DNA from: Thiotrichales bacterium
Lineage (GTDB): Bacteria; Pseudomonadota; Gammaproteobacteria; Francisellales; CACEW01
Reading direction: 5' to 3'
Assembly: GCA_947476405.1 (NCBI GenBank)
Contig: CANJQG010000006.1
Span: forward strand, 5,522-69,521
Length of the DNA: 64,000 nucleotides
The notes under the pieces: model-generated
Told to the model about the DNA's origin: nothing
What the model saw: the letters and a program-made list of their open reading frames with translations, nothing else
The model's database searches: none
Shown: in pieces, positions 19,300-29,345 of the stretch
Layout: every line of letters starts with the position of its first letter
Position numbering within the stretch: position 1 is the stretch's first letter
Made by a program: the position numbers and the translations under genes

Positions 19300-20583
19300 G
19301 TGAAATTACAAAAACTGACTTTAAGTCTTTTGCCTCTATTGACTATTTCTGCAGCTTATGCAAATGATTCAATCAATGCACTCCAGAGTCAAATTAATGC
19401 ACTGCAAAATCAAATCAATACATTGCAAGCACAAACGACACCGTCAGCAATGGTCATGTCAGACCAGTCTAATCCTTTTAGCGGCATGCCGGACACCACC
19501 TTTCCTTTAGCAATGATGCAGGCTAAAGCGACTTTTAATGCCCCGCTTATTTTAGGGGGAGAGTTAGAAATTGACCCCCAAATATGGGGGGGTAGTTTTT
19601 CAATTCCGGTCGATAGCAGCACCACCTACAACAACGGTAGCGATATTGCAGTTACGACCGCAGATTTAAATACGATGGCTAATATGGGACAATGGGTCTC
19701 AGCGTATATTTCTATTCAAGGAGGCGTTGCGTCAAATCCCACCACTCTGGATCAAGCTTTTCTGACTTTTGGAAACATTCAACGTAATCCCTTTTTTCTA
19801 ACGATCGGCGAAACATACCTTCCCTTTGGTGTGTTTAATGGAAATGGGCCTTACGCAAATAACTTGACCACGAATGCGTTGCGCGCATCCAATACTAATC
19901 AAATCTCTTTAAATTATGTAAAAGGTGATTTTTATACCAATTTAGCGGGCTTTGAAAATAAAGATGACCGAAATAATCTCGAAGATTTCAGTTATATGGT
20001 CAGCTACACAACCACTGGAAACTTTAACTATTCTATTGGCGCAGGCTATCTTTATGATGTTCGAGGAACGGATACCAGCCTAGGAAATGCATACCCCAAC
20101 AATAATAACGAAACCACTAAAGTCAATCCTGTGAATACCCCCAACACAATTACCGGTAGCCGTAATGCAGTTTATGATTTAAATGGCTTGGTCGCCTATG
20201 GCCCCTATGGAATGAATGGAGAGGCCGCCTTAACACAAAGTGGCGCTCAAAATTTAAACGGAACAGAAACCGGCCAAATGTCTACCTGGAATATTGCAGC
20301 GACTTACGACATCCTTCCCTGGGGGATTCCAACTACTTTGTCGATGGGTTATAGTGCAACACATAACATGAATAATATTCCCTTTGTACTCAATGGCATG
20401 GCAAATAATTCTCAATCCACTCAAAGCAGCGATAATAATGCAGGAATGGCCCATCAGTGGATCGCCTATATGTCGAATGAATTTTTCCACAACATCTATA
20501 TGAGCCCGGAATTTTCTTACGACACCCTTTACAATGGCACCCATACCTGGGAACTCACCTATGATATTACTGCAAATATTTAA
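19300..20583 (+). CDS. Outer-membrane beta-barrel protein (porin-like) with N-terminal coiled coil, paralogue B
   Basis: 427 aa with a GTG start. INALQSQINALQNQINTLQAQ. Long collinear identity with paralogue A (for example FGNIQRNPFFLTIGETYLPFGVFNGNGPYANNL against FGNLQKNPLFVTVGEIYLPFGIFNGNGPWSNNL). Confidence 0.65.
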   Translation: MKLQKLTLSLLPLLTISAAYANDSINALQSQINALQNQINTLQAQTTPSAMVMSDQSNPFSGMPDTTFPLAMMQAKATFNAPLILGGELEIDPQIWGGSFSIPVDSSTTYNNGSDIAVTTADLNTMANMGQWVSAYISIQGGVASNPTTLDQAFLTFGNIQRNPFFLTIGETYLPFGVFNGNGPYANNLTTNALRASNTNQISLNYVKGDFYTNLAGFENKDDRNNLEDFSYMVSYTTTGNFNYSIGAGYLYDVRGTDTSLGNAYPNNNNETTKVNPVNTPNTITGSRNAVYDLNGLVAYGPYGMNGEAALTQSGAQNLNGTETGQMSTWNIAATYDILPWGIPTTLSMGYSATHNMNNIPFVLNGMANNSQSTQSSDNNAGMAHQWIAYMSNEFFHNIYMSPEFSYDTLYNGTHTWELTYDITANI

Positions 20584-21406
20584 GATGAATTTTAATCTTT
20601 AAATAGGCATAACCGAATACCATGAAGCCTGCGCCAATGATCATTAAAATAACGGGCCAGGCAGACAGGTCATTAAAGTATTTCGCACTTAAATTGAGCA
20701 CATTGACAATATAAAAGAAAATTAATTCAATCATAATCAACCGATTATGCGTTAAAATAGCAAAAATCAAAACAATGAATCCGATCACCAAAGTCAGTCC
20801 ATCCAAATAGACCGGACAGTGAGAAACAAATAATCCAGCAGTCACCCCCACTAAGAGAAAAAAAGCCCCCAGAGGTCTTCCCCAAGCTGTTGCGATGCGA
20901 TGCCAGGCTTGTGGTAAAACCCAAGGTAATAGCCAAAATAGAAACCCAAAAGCTATTTTTTCAACAGCCCCCAGTATGCAATAATGATTTTGAAAAAATG
21001 GAAATGCAATAAAATAGATCCAAATAACATAAAAAATACAAAATACTTGCACTGTTTTTTGCGTTTCAAAGACTGCCGGAATCAACATTAAAAAAAGCGT
21101 GGCCAGTGGCAAAATAAGACCATCACTTCCGAATAAAACATAAAAAGCCAAGGGCCCCAAAAAACCAAAAAGAAGATATAAACACATTCGCAAAAACGGA
21201 TATTTTTGAGTAAACGACAAAAACAAGGCTAATGCATAAATGACGAAAAGAGGCAAAACAATAAAGAGATTTTTTTGGAGCCCCGTCAAAACAGTCCAAT
21301 AGTTTACCAAGGCCAATACCATCGCCGCAGCCATGATCACTGCACCGATAGACCACAAAAATTTTTCTAATACAAAGGGTGATTTTTCAGGATGTGAAAC
21401 CGACAT
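20567..21406 (-). CDS. Polytopic inner-membrane protein, unknown function
   Basis: 279 aa, about 8 hydrophobic helices. No motif recognised. Confidence 0.5.
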   Translation of the reverse strand: MSVSHPEKSPFVLEKFLWSIGAVIMAAAMVLALVNYWTVLTGLQKNLFIVLPLFVIYALALFLSFTQKYPFLRMCLYLLFGFLGPLAFYVLFGSDGLILPLATLFLMLIPAVFETQKTVQVFCIFYVIWIYFIAFPFFQNHYCILGAVEKIAFGFLFWLLPWVLPQAWHRIATAWGRPLGAFFLLVGVTAGLFVSHCPVYLDGLTLVIGFIVLIFAILTHNRLIMIELIFFYIVNVLNLSAKYFNDLSAWPVILMIIGAGFMVFGYAYLKIKIHLKYLQ

Positions 21407-21436
21407 TTTATTTCTCCAAATTTAACCGTATGGTAA

Positions 21437-22759
21437 TCAAACAAAATCAACAATTTTTAAGGCAATCTCCATTGCTTGCTGATAATTCAAACGCGGATCA
21501 ACCAAACTTTTATAGGCACGCGGAAGATCAGCCTCTGATAAACCACAGGCGCCTCCAATACATTCTGTGACATTCTCACCCGTCATTTCAAAATGGATCC
21601 CACCCAATGGAATATTCAAGTCATGATGAATCGCAAAAGCAGATTTTAATTCTGAAACGATTTCTTCAAAATAACGCGTCTTTACGCCACTTTTTGTTGT
21701 CTTTGTATTGCCATGCATGGGGTCACAAGTCCATAAAACCGGCATCCCTTCTGCCTGAATCCGTTTTAATAAAAAAGGCAAACGCGCCTCGACTTTACTC
21801 GCTCCAGAACGATGAATCAACATGATTTTCCCGGATTCACGCTGTGGATTCAGGACATCCATAATTCGCAAAAGCTCATCTAAATCCGCCTCTGGGCCCA
21901 CCTTAATGCCAATTGGATTTTGTATGCCTCGCAAATATTCAATGTGCGCGCCCTCCAAAGCCAGGGTCCGCATCCCAATCCAGGGAAAATGTGTGCCTAA
22001 ATTATAATACTGACCCTGAGGCATTTTTTTCGTCAGCGCAGATTCATAAGGCAAATGTAAAGCCTCATGGCTAGTGTAAAGCGCAACCCGCTGAAGGGCT
22101 TCATTTTTAATCCCTGCAACCGATTCAAAAAAACAAATTGCATCGGTAATCGAATGTAAAATCGCTTGATAATTTTGATGGGCATGATCTTCATGCATAA
22201 ACTCGAGAACCCATTGTTCAGGATAATGCAAATCTGAAAATCCATCATCTGCAAGTGCACGCAGATGATTTAAAGTGGCAGCAGAATAGAAGTAAGCATC
22301 CAGCATGCGTTGCGGATCAGGCTGACGCGCGGCGAAAGAAAACTCAGGCGCATTAATGATATCTCCACGATAAGCAGGAAGAGTCACTCCATCACGGGTT
22401 TCGATATCCTGCGAACGAGGCTTGGCATATTGACCTGCAACACGACCAATACGAATCACCGGCTTTTTTAAACCATGCAATAAAATCACACTCATTTGCA
22501 ACAAGATTTTAAATTTATTTTGAATCCCCATCGGTGTACAATCTGCAAATTGCTCACTGCAATCACCACCTTGCATGATAAACGCACGCCCCGCTTCAGC
22601 CTCACAGAGCAATCCACGTAATTTATTGATTTCAAGTGAAGTGACTAAAGGAGGCAATGCCCTTAGCTTTGCCAAAATATTGGCTTCCTCTACTCTATTT
22701 TCATAGTGGACAGATTGCAGTATCTTTTTAGTCTTCCAGCTATCCGGGGCCCAAGTCAT
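21437..22759 (-). CDS. 3-deoxy-7-phosphoheptulonate (DAHP) synthase, class II
   Basis: 440 aa. SW..K..LQ..Y....E....L..LPPLV and AFIMQGGDCSEQF are class II (plant-like AroA-II) signatures. Confidence 0.9.
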   Translation of the reverse strand: MTWAPDSWKTKKILQSVHYENRVEEANILAKLRALPPLVTSLEINKLRGLLCEAEAGRAFIMQGGDCSEQFADCTPMGIQNKFKILLQMSVILLHGLKKPVIRIGRVAGQYAKPRSQDIETRDGVTLPAYRGDIINAPEFSFAARQPDPQRMLDAYFYSAATLNHLRALADDGFSDLHYPEQWVLEFMHEDHAHQNYQAILHSITDAICFFESVAGIKNEALQRVALYTSHEALHLPYESALTKKMPQGQYYNLGTHFPWIGMRTLALEGAHIEYLRGIQNPIGIKVGPEADLDELLRIMDVLNPQRESGKIMLIHRSGASKVEARLPFLLKRIQAEGMPVLWTCDPMHGNTKTTKSGVKTRYFEEIVSELKSAFAIHHDLNIPLGGIHFEMTGENVTECIGGACGLSEADLPRAYKSLVDPRLNYQQAMEIALKIVDFV

Positions 22760-23277
22760 GCCGCACTCCTTTTTGATGCATCTTCAAATAAATGAGGCAA
22801 ATACCACATTCCATTCGTCTGTAATAAAATATCTTTTAAATCATAATCATTTGCACTCACAGCAGCATTGGCTAAAGTAACCTGCGCAACCAGCTGATCT
22901 TTATTGGCTAAAAAAACATAGTGCTCCACATTAATAATCATTGTCATTAATGTAGACTTTTTTGAACCTTGTTTTCGAAAACTTAAAGCCCCTGCAAAAT
23001 GCGAGTTTGTGCGCTTACTTGCAGCAATCGTTAAGGTATTCAATAAAATACTGCCCACTCTATTTATGGGTTGATCACTAAAATAAGTGATATCGACAGG
23101 GACATTATTTAAAGTAAGAATATAATGATGCCCCGAATCATGCTGTGCAACTAAGCTTCCCGAACTAGAATACATCACAAAAAAAAGATTTGTGGGCAGC
23201 TCTTTTCCCTGCGCCTCAACACTTATCAATGGACAAAACAACAACATGCTGATCAGCACCTTAAAAACCGCTCTCAT
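22756..23277 (-). CDS. Hypothetical periplasmic protein (173 aa)
   Basis: Start trimmed to MRAVFKVLISMLLFCPLISVEAQG (AGAGGG 4 nt upstream). Its stop overlaps the DAHP synthase start (ATGA). No family recognised. Confidence 0.5.
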   Translation of the reverse strand: MRAVFKVLISMLLFCPLISVEAQGKELPTNLFFVMYSSSGSLVAQHDSGHHYILTLNNVPVDITYFSDQPINRVGSILLNTLTIAASKRTNSHFAGALSFRKQGSKKSTLMTMIINVEHYVFLANKDQLVAQVTLANAAVSANDYDLKDILLQTNGMWYLPHLFEDASKRSAA

Positions 23278-23341
23278 CTTGCCCTCTTGAATGATCCCCT
23301 GCACTTCAGCATAATACAAATCCGAGCAAAAATAAATGCGC

Positions 23342-24412
23342 TTATCCATTTGCCCTGGGCGTACGAGAAGCGCCTAGCGCAGGGAAGTTACTCAACCCTA
23401 AAAAAGGCAGCGCTACGGGCGGGACTGGTTTTTTTGGCTTAAATGCGGCAACGACAGCACTATATTTCCGGAGTTGTTTTCCAGGCTCAAAGACAACGCC
23501 CACTGCTTTTGGAACAGGGGCATCCGCAAGTGTTCCACCCGCTGCAAATAAAGGCGCCAGACTGGGATGTTCAGCCAACATCGCAGGCTTTGCTGGCCGC
23601 GCAAAGGCTTTCGCTTTTTCATATCGATCTAGCGCTGCTCTAGAGGCTTCATGCAAATACCTTCCAAAACCTTTCTCTCTATAATTTTCGAGCGTGACCT
23701 CAAATGTATTCTGTAATTGCGTTTTAAGGCCCCGATAGGTTCTTGGAGCAATGCCTAACTCCTCACGAAATAAGCGAAGTCCTAGTTTTAAACGTTCCAA
23801 AGCAGATTCAAATTTAAAGGTTGCCTTTGCAGTCAAGTGCATATTTAAGCATAAAAACTCTACCTCGGGTGCACCTATTTTTGGCGGAGAGGTTCGTCTA
23901 AATTTAATTTCAAAATGACTACTTTTATTGTAACAAGAGTTCCCCTCTCGATGATCTACTCCAGCATATCGTCCATTAGCGGCCACACCAATAGAGTCAT
24001 AAGAATAAACATCGTCATTTACCAAAAATTCCTCGTTTAATCCGCTTTCTTTTAAGATCTTTTTCAGGGCTAGACTTGCAACTAAGCCAGTCTGTGCATC
24101 ACCATGGATCTCACATTTAGCCTCTGTTTTTAATGCATCTGATTCAAAAGAATCCATCAATATTCCACTTTTTAGTCCACAGCTAAAAAATCTAAAAAAT
24201 ACTTCAGCACTGCAGGAATTAGGATCAATACTGATGCCAATATTCAGTTTGCGTGTCACTCTAAAAATCTTGCTTGCATCCGATCGATCTATATTCACAA
24301 ACACATCTGGACTGACAAATTTAAAAGGCTGGCCATAGTCAATCTCAACGCCTCCTTGATCCCAATGCAAGCGAATCAAATCGGGTTCTTTTTTTGAGGA
24401 GTCAAACATCAT
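23342..24412 (-). CDS. Hypothetical protein (356 aa) with Ala/Pro/Lys-rich C-terminal tail
   Basis: Long ORF with consistent coding look. No signal peptide, no motif recognised. The last ~90 aa are low-complexity (ARPAKPAML..KPKKPVPPVALPF). Confidence 0.5.
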   Translation of the reverse strand: MMFDSSKKEPDLIRLHWDQGGVEIDYGQPFKFVSPDVFVNIDRSDASKIFRVTRKLNIGISIDPNSCSAEVFFRFFSCGLKSGILMDSFESDALKTEAKCEIHGDAQTGLVASLALKKILKESGLNEEFLVNDDVYSYDSIGVAANGRYAGVDHREGNSCYNKSSHFEIKFRRTSPPKIGAPEVEFLCLNMHLTAKATFKFESALERLKLGLRLFREELGIAPRTYRGLKTQLQNTFEVTLENYREKGFGRYLHEASRAALDRYEKAKAFARPAKPAMLAEHPSLAPLFAAGGTLADAPVPKAVGVVFEPGKQLRKYSAVVAAFKPKKPVPPVALPFLGLSNFPALGASRTPRANG

Positions 24413-24475
24413 TCAATCCAGATTAAAATAAATAATCATGCAGCTTATACGTCATTTTTATTTTACGCAAGCATT

Positions 24476-27400
24476 TCAATCGGACAACATTTCTTGGATT
24501 TTTTTTTCTGAGACTGAAACGATTGATTTTAATTCCTGTGAAAAAATATTGAGTCGCCATTCTTGGAACATCCAACGCAGCGCTTCTCGATCCATTTTTA
24601 AGGGGTCTTTTGAATTGAGAAAACGCTGCCAAAGCGGCTGAAATGTATTGAATAAAGTGAGTTCACGACTCAGGTTATTTTTGAGGCGCTCAATTCGGAG
24701 CTGCATCCCTTTAAGATAAATGGGATAGCGCTTGAGCCATTTAATCGGCGTGGTACTGAGAAAATGCCGACTCAAAAGGAATTCAAACTGGGCATAAAGA
24801 TCATCCTGAGAAGCCTGAAGGCCCTGCTTTTGCGGCAAACTTCGAAGGCTCACGCGTAGGGGAAGCGCCAAAGTACGCAGCTGTGTTAACCAGGTCAACC
24901 AGCTGGCTTGATGATTCCAAAATTCACCGCGCATATCGACCCATTTTTGAAAATCAGCTTGCGTATAAATCACTGTAAAATCAATGCCACGTTCTTGATA
25001 AAAATCCTCCAAAACCATTAAAGAAAATTCATCAATCAGTGTTTTTTTCTCAGCAATAAAGCTAATTTCAGAACAAGCCTTTTGAACAAAAGGATCTTGC
25101 CGCAGGGCTCGCAATTCCTTAGAAAGCGCCTGCTCCAGCAAATATAAAACGCCTTCTTCATGATGAAGCGCTGCGGACTCTGCATCGGGGAAGGCCTCAA
25201 TACAAACACCCTGCTCATTACATTTTAAAGCTGGATAAACCCGAACGGTTTTACCCTGAATTTGCCAATCCATTTGAGCCGGAAAATCTGCAAAATCCCA
25301 AGATTGAAAATCGCCTTGAGGCAAAATATTGGGCACTTGTTTGAGCAAGGCGGTTAGCTCCATTTTGAACTGCTCTTTTAAAGCAGCCAGATCCGAAGAC
25401 AAGGCCAGGCATTGCCCCTCCGCATTCATGACTTTGATTTTATAAGGCAGATTCGGCAAATTCGAAAGCGCCAGAAGCGGCACCTCCAAACACACGCCAT
25501 CCTGATCATGATCCCAATCAAATACATACTTTAATTTTAAAGCCTGTCCATTCACTTCGATTTCATCTGGATAATCTAACAAAGCCTTTTTAAAAGGGGC
25601 AAGATAGGACTCCGGATCAAATAGGGGAAGAGATTTAAGCGTTTTAAAACTCACCACGTCCATCGGCAAATGCAATTCAAAAAAAGCCTGATACTCTTCA
25701 TCACTGGGCGCAATGCCCAAACGGCGTAATTTGGCTTCCGCCTGGAGTAATTTTAAATAGCCGGCCTGTGATTTTTCGCGATCGACCAAGGCGTCCCGAA
25801 TAAATACTTCGCGCGCTAAGATTGGGTTTTTATGACTGAATTGCATTTTACGGCGACTCACAATCATAAGACCATACAGCAAGACACTTTGATACGTCAT
25901 GACCGCATCATTTTGAATATCGTAATAGGGCTCACTGTATTGATACTTGACCAGATGCTTACACAGAGGCTCCAGCCAGGAAACCTCAATGCGGGCCACA
26001 ATCCGCGCATAGGTGTGCTTTGTTTCCATGAGACTTTCGGCCATCATCCATTTAAATTTTTTCTGCGCCAGGGCCGAACCGGGGAAAATTTTAAGCAATT
26101 TTTGATGCGCACCCCGATAGCATTGTTTTTCTTTATCATACTCAGCGACAAAATGCAGGCAGCCCGTCAGCAAAGCCTGATGAATTAAAATGCTTGAAGG
26201 CGTTTCACTGAGGGGACTCCAGGACCAATTTAGGATTTTAAACTGAACATGAATCTCATGCAAAACGGACTGCCATTCCTGCATACGCAGGGGGGAGAGA
26301 AAATGCGCCTCACAATAGGCACGAAATTTATTTTTGGATAAGCCCTCTGTTTCAGCCATCACGGTTTGCCATAATTTTAAAATCGTCAAAAACTCAGAGT
26401 CTGGATGCGCATAACGTTGATGCAGGGCTTTGGCTTTGCTGAGTTGCTCCTCAGGATATTCACGCGGATCCTGTGTACTCAAATTGCTGACGATCACCGC
26501 CACTTCAGCCAGGGTGCGATTTTGATGCGCTTCACACAGCATGCGCGCTAAACGGGGATCAAGACTAAAACGGCTGATTTGACGCCCTAAAGACGTTAAT
26601 TTTTTCTGTGCATCAATAGCCTGCAATTCGAAAAGTTCAGCATACCCTTCATGAATCAAGGCCCGCGGAGGGGGGTCTAATAAATCAAAGTCCTCCAAAC
26701 TGCCCAGACGCAATTGCATCATCTGCAAAATCACCGCACTTAAATTGGTGCGGAGAATTTCAGGTTCCAGATAAGCGGGGCGATTTAATAAATCCGCTTC
26801 TTCATACAAACGAATACAAATCCCGGGCGCAACCCGCCCTGCCCTACCCGCACGCTGTTTGGCATTTGCCTGGGAAATCGGCTCTATGGGTAAGCGCTGA
26901 ATTTTCAGCTTGCTGTTAAAACGGCTCACCCGCGCCTGACCGGAATCAATCACATGCAAAACCCGCGGTACGGTGAGCGAGGTTTCAGCCACGTTGGTGG
27001 CCAGAATAATACGCGCACTGTTTCCCGGATGAAATACTTTTTGCTGAGCAGATAACGGCAATCGGGCATAGAGCGCTAGAATTTCATGCCGAGGAAATCG
27101 CTCCACTAATTTTTTACGATACTCCCGAATATCCCGCTCCGTGGGCAGAAACACTAGCACATCGCCGCGCGCACGTTGATGCAGATCAATCAACGCACTC
27201 ATCAGGCTCGCCTCAGGTCGATACCGAATTTCAATAGGATGGCTGCGACCCTCCACAGTGATTAAAGGCGCATTAAAATAAGCTGCCAGTCTTTCATGTT
27301 CAAGAGTTGCAGAGGTAATAATCACTTTGAGATCAGGCCGCCTGGGTAACATTTTTTTCAAAAATCCCAGCAAAAAATCAATGTTCAAAGAGCGCTCATG

Positions 27401-27781
27401 CGCCTCATCAATAATCAAGAGGCTGTAGCGCTTTAGCAGCGGATCATGCCCGATTTCAGCCAGCAGAATGCCATCGGTCATGACTTTAATTTGCGTCGAG
27501 GGGGAACAAGATTCGTTAAAGCGGACTTGATAACCAACCGTAGAACCTAAGCTGACTTTAAGCTCTTCTGCAATACGGCTGGCAATGGACTTGGCTGCAA
27601 TCCGTCGCGGCTGAGTATGACCAATCAGGCCCTCGCGTGCATAGCCTAAATGCAGACACAGCTGCGGCAATTGCGTGGACTTTCCGGAGCCCGTCTCCCC
27701 AGCGACCAAAATGACTTGATGCTGAGCAAGTAATTGTTCAATCTCGTCAAAATGAGCTGCAATGGGAAGGGTTGGATTCAC
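24476..27781 (-). CDS. hrpA: ATP-dependent RNA helicase HrpA (DEAH box)
   Basis: 1101 aa. Motifs [41 protein letters not shown] start in a GTGA overlap with the rhlE stop. Confidence 0.92.
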   Translation of the reverse strand: MNPTLPIAAHFDEIEQLLAQHQVILVAGETGSGKSTQLPQLCLHLGYAREGLIGHTQPRRIAAKSIASRIAEELKVSLGSTVGYQVRFNESCSPSTQIKVMTDGILLAEIGHDPLLKRYSLLIIDEAHERSLNIDFLLGFLKKMLPRRPDLKVIITSATLEHERLAAYFNAPLITVEGRSHPIEIRYRPEASLMSALIDLHQRARGDVLVFLPTERDIREYRKKLVERFPRHEILALYARLPLSAQQKVFHPGNSARIILATNVAETSLTVPRVLHVIDSGQARVSRFNSKLKIQRLPIEPISQANAKQRAGRAGRVAPGICIRLYEEADLLNRPAYLEPEILRTNLSAVILQMMQLRLGSLEDFDLLDPPPRALIHEGYAELFELQAIDAQKKLTSLGRQISRFSLDPRLARMLCEAHQNRTLAEVAVIVSNLSTQDPREYPEEQLSKAKALHQRYAHPDSEFLTILKLWQTVMAETEGLSKNKFRAYCEAHFLSPLRMQEWQSVLHEIHVQFKILNWSWSPLSETPSSILIHQALLTGCLHFVAEYDKEKQCYRGAHQKLLKIFPGSALAQKKFKWMMAESLMETKHTYARIVARIEVSWLEPLCKHLVKYQYSEPYYDIQNDAVMTYQSVLLYGLMIVSRRKMQFSHKNPILAREVFIRDALVDREKSQAGYLKLLQAEAKLRRLGIAPSDEEYQAFFELHLPMDVVSFKTLKSLPLFDPESYLAPFKKALLDYPDEIEVNGQALKLKYVFDWDHDQDGVCLEVPLLALSNLPNLPYKIKVMNAEGQCLALSSDLAALKEQFKMELTALLKQVPNILPQGDFQSWDFADFPAQMDWQIQGKTVRVYPALKCNEQGVCIEAFPDAESAALHHEEGVLYLLEQALSKELRALRQDPFVQKACSEISFIAEKKTLIDEFSLMVLEDFYQERGIDFTVIYTQADFQKWVDMRGEFWNHQASWLTWLTQLRTLALPLRVSLRSLPQKQGLQASQDDLYAQFEFLLSRHFLSTTPIKWLKRYPIYLKGMQLRIERLKNNLSRELTLFNTFQPLWQRFLNSKDPLKMDREALRWMFQEWRLNIFSQELKSIVSVSEKKIQEMLSD

Positions 27782-28992
27782 CGTCTCGTCTGAGTCCTGT
27801 TTCTCTGTTGTGGTGGGCGCTGATACGGCACTTCTGCTTTGACAATCGGCAAAGGTCCCAAATCTGCATAACCCGCATTGGGAATCACAGGAATTTCTAT
27901 CTTAATCAGCTTTTGAATATCCCGCAAGAGGCCTTTTTCCTCTGGACTCACCAGAGAGCAAGCCTCGCCATTACGTCCCGCGCGACCCGTCCGGCCAATG
28001 CGATGAACATAATCTTCAGGCACATTGGGCAGATCAAAATTGACGACATGCGGCAATTCTGCAATATCTAAGCCGCGCGCAGCAATATCGGTTGCAACCA
28101 ATACCGTAATGAGATTTTGCTTGAAATGCGCCAAGGCTTTGGTTCGCGCAGGCTGACTTTTATTACCGTGAATCGCCAATGCCGTAATGCCTGCAGCTTC
28201 CAATTTTTCTACAATTTTATTGGCGCCATGCTTGGTCCGTGAAAACACCAGCACCTGAGTCCAGGTTTGATCCTGAATCAGCTTACACAAAAGCGGCACT
28301 TTATGGCCCTTCTCAACGGTATAGACCACTTGTTTAATTTTATCAACAGTTGAATTCGGCGGGCTCACATCAATCTCAATCGGTTGCGTCAAAATCCCTT
28401 TGGTCAGCGCGCGAATATCCGGCGAAAAAGTCGCAGAAAACATTAAATTTTGGCGTTTTTGTGGCAGAAGTTTCATGATTTTTTTGATATCATGAATAAA
28501 ACCCATATCCAGCATACGATCCGCTTCATCCAGAATCAAGACTTCCACCTGATTGAGTTTAATCGCATTTTGGCCGACTAAATCCAGGAGGCGACCCGGA
28601 GTCGCAACCAGAATATCAACCCCCGCGCGCAGACGCATCATTTGAGGATTAATTTTGACTCCCCCGAAAACCACTTCATAACGAAGCTTGAGATGCTGAC
28701 CATAAAAATGGGCACTTTCATGCACCTGTGCGGCTAATTCACGCGTCGGGGTCAGCACTAATACTTTCACAGAATTGGACTGAACGGGATTGCGACTGGC
28801 CGCTAATTTTTGCAAAATCGGCACTAAAAAAGCCCCTGTTTTACCAGTACCCGTTTGGGCTGCAGCCATGACATCACGGCCAGATAAAACAGCCGGAATA
28901 GCCTGTTGTTGAATCGGGGAGGGCTGGGTATAACCCTTTTGATCGAGGGCGCGGAGGATCGGTTCGATCACCCCTAATGCTTTAAAAGTCAT
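27778..28992 (-). CDS. rhlE: DEAD-box ATP-dependent RNA helicase (RhlE-like)
   Basis: 404 aa. Q-motif, [33 protein letters not shown]. Confidence 0.9.
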   Translation of the reverse strand: MTFKALGVIEPILRALDQKGYTQPSPIQQQAIPAVLSGRDVMAAAQTGTGKTGAFLVPILQKLAASRNPVQSNSVKVLVLTPTRELAAQVHESAHFYGQHLKLRYEVVFGGVKINPQMMRLRAGVDILVATPGRLLDLVGQNAIKLNQVEVLILDEADRMLDMGFIHDIKKIMKLLPQKRQNLMFSATFSPDIRALTKGILTQPIEIDVSPPNSTVDKIKQVVYTVEKGHKVPLLCKLIQDQTWTQVLVFSRTKHGANKIVEKLEAAGITALAIHGNKSQPARTKALAHFKQNLITVLVATDIAARGLDIAELPHVVNFDLPNVPEDYVHRIGRTGRAGRNGEACSLVSPEEKGLLRDIQKLIKIEIPVIPNAGYADLGPLPIVKAEVPYQRPPQQRNRTQTRR

Positions 28993-29023
28993 AATCTCTC
29001 ATTTTTTTGGAAACACAGAAAGT

Positions 29024-29044
29024 AAAAAACCACGACTAGCGTGG
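29024..29044 (-). terminator. Putative terminator downstream of cspA
   Basis: On the minus strand CCACG-ctagt-CGTGG is followed by T6. The stem is short. Confidence 0.45.
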
Positions 29045-29072
29045 CCTTTTAATGAATAAGAATGTGAAAAAA

Positions 29073-29270
29073 CTAATCTGTCACAACTACATCAATTGCA
29101 TTCAAGCCTTTAGGTGAAGATTCGGTATCGAAACTCACTTTGCTGCCTTCACGAAGATTGCCGCTTTTGATGCCGTTCTTGTGAACAAACACGTCTTTGC
29201 TGCCATCATCTGGGGTGATAAAACCAAACGCTTTATCATTATTAAAAAATTTTACGGTACCTGTAGCCAT
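29073..29270 (-). CDS. cspA: Cold-shock protein, CspA family
   Basis: 65 aa. RNP1 KAFGFI and RNP2 DVFVH. Confidence 0.95.
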   Translation of the reverse strand: MATGTVKFFNNDKAFGFITPDDGSKDVFVHKNGIKSGNLREGSKVSFDTESSPKGLNAIDVVVTD

Positions 29271-29345
29271 TTTATTTTCTCACTTTTAAGTTATAATATT
29301 CGTCAATGTCCCAAACCATTTGGGCACTAACAGGGACATCATACC

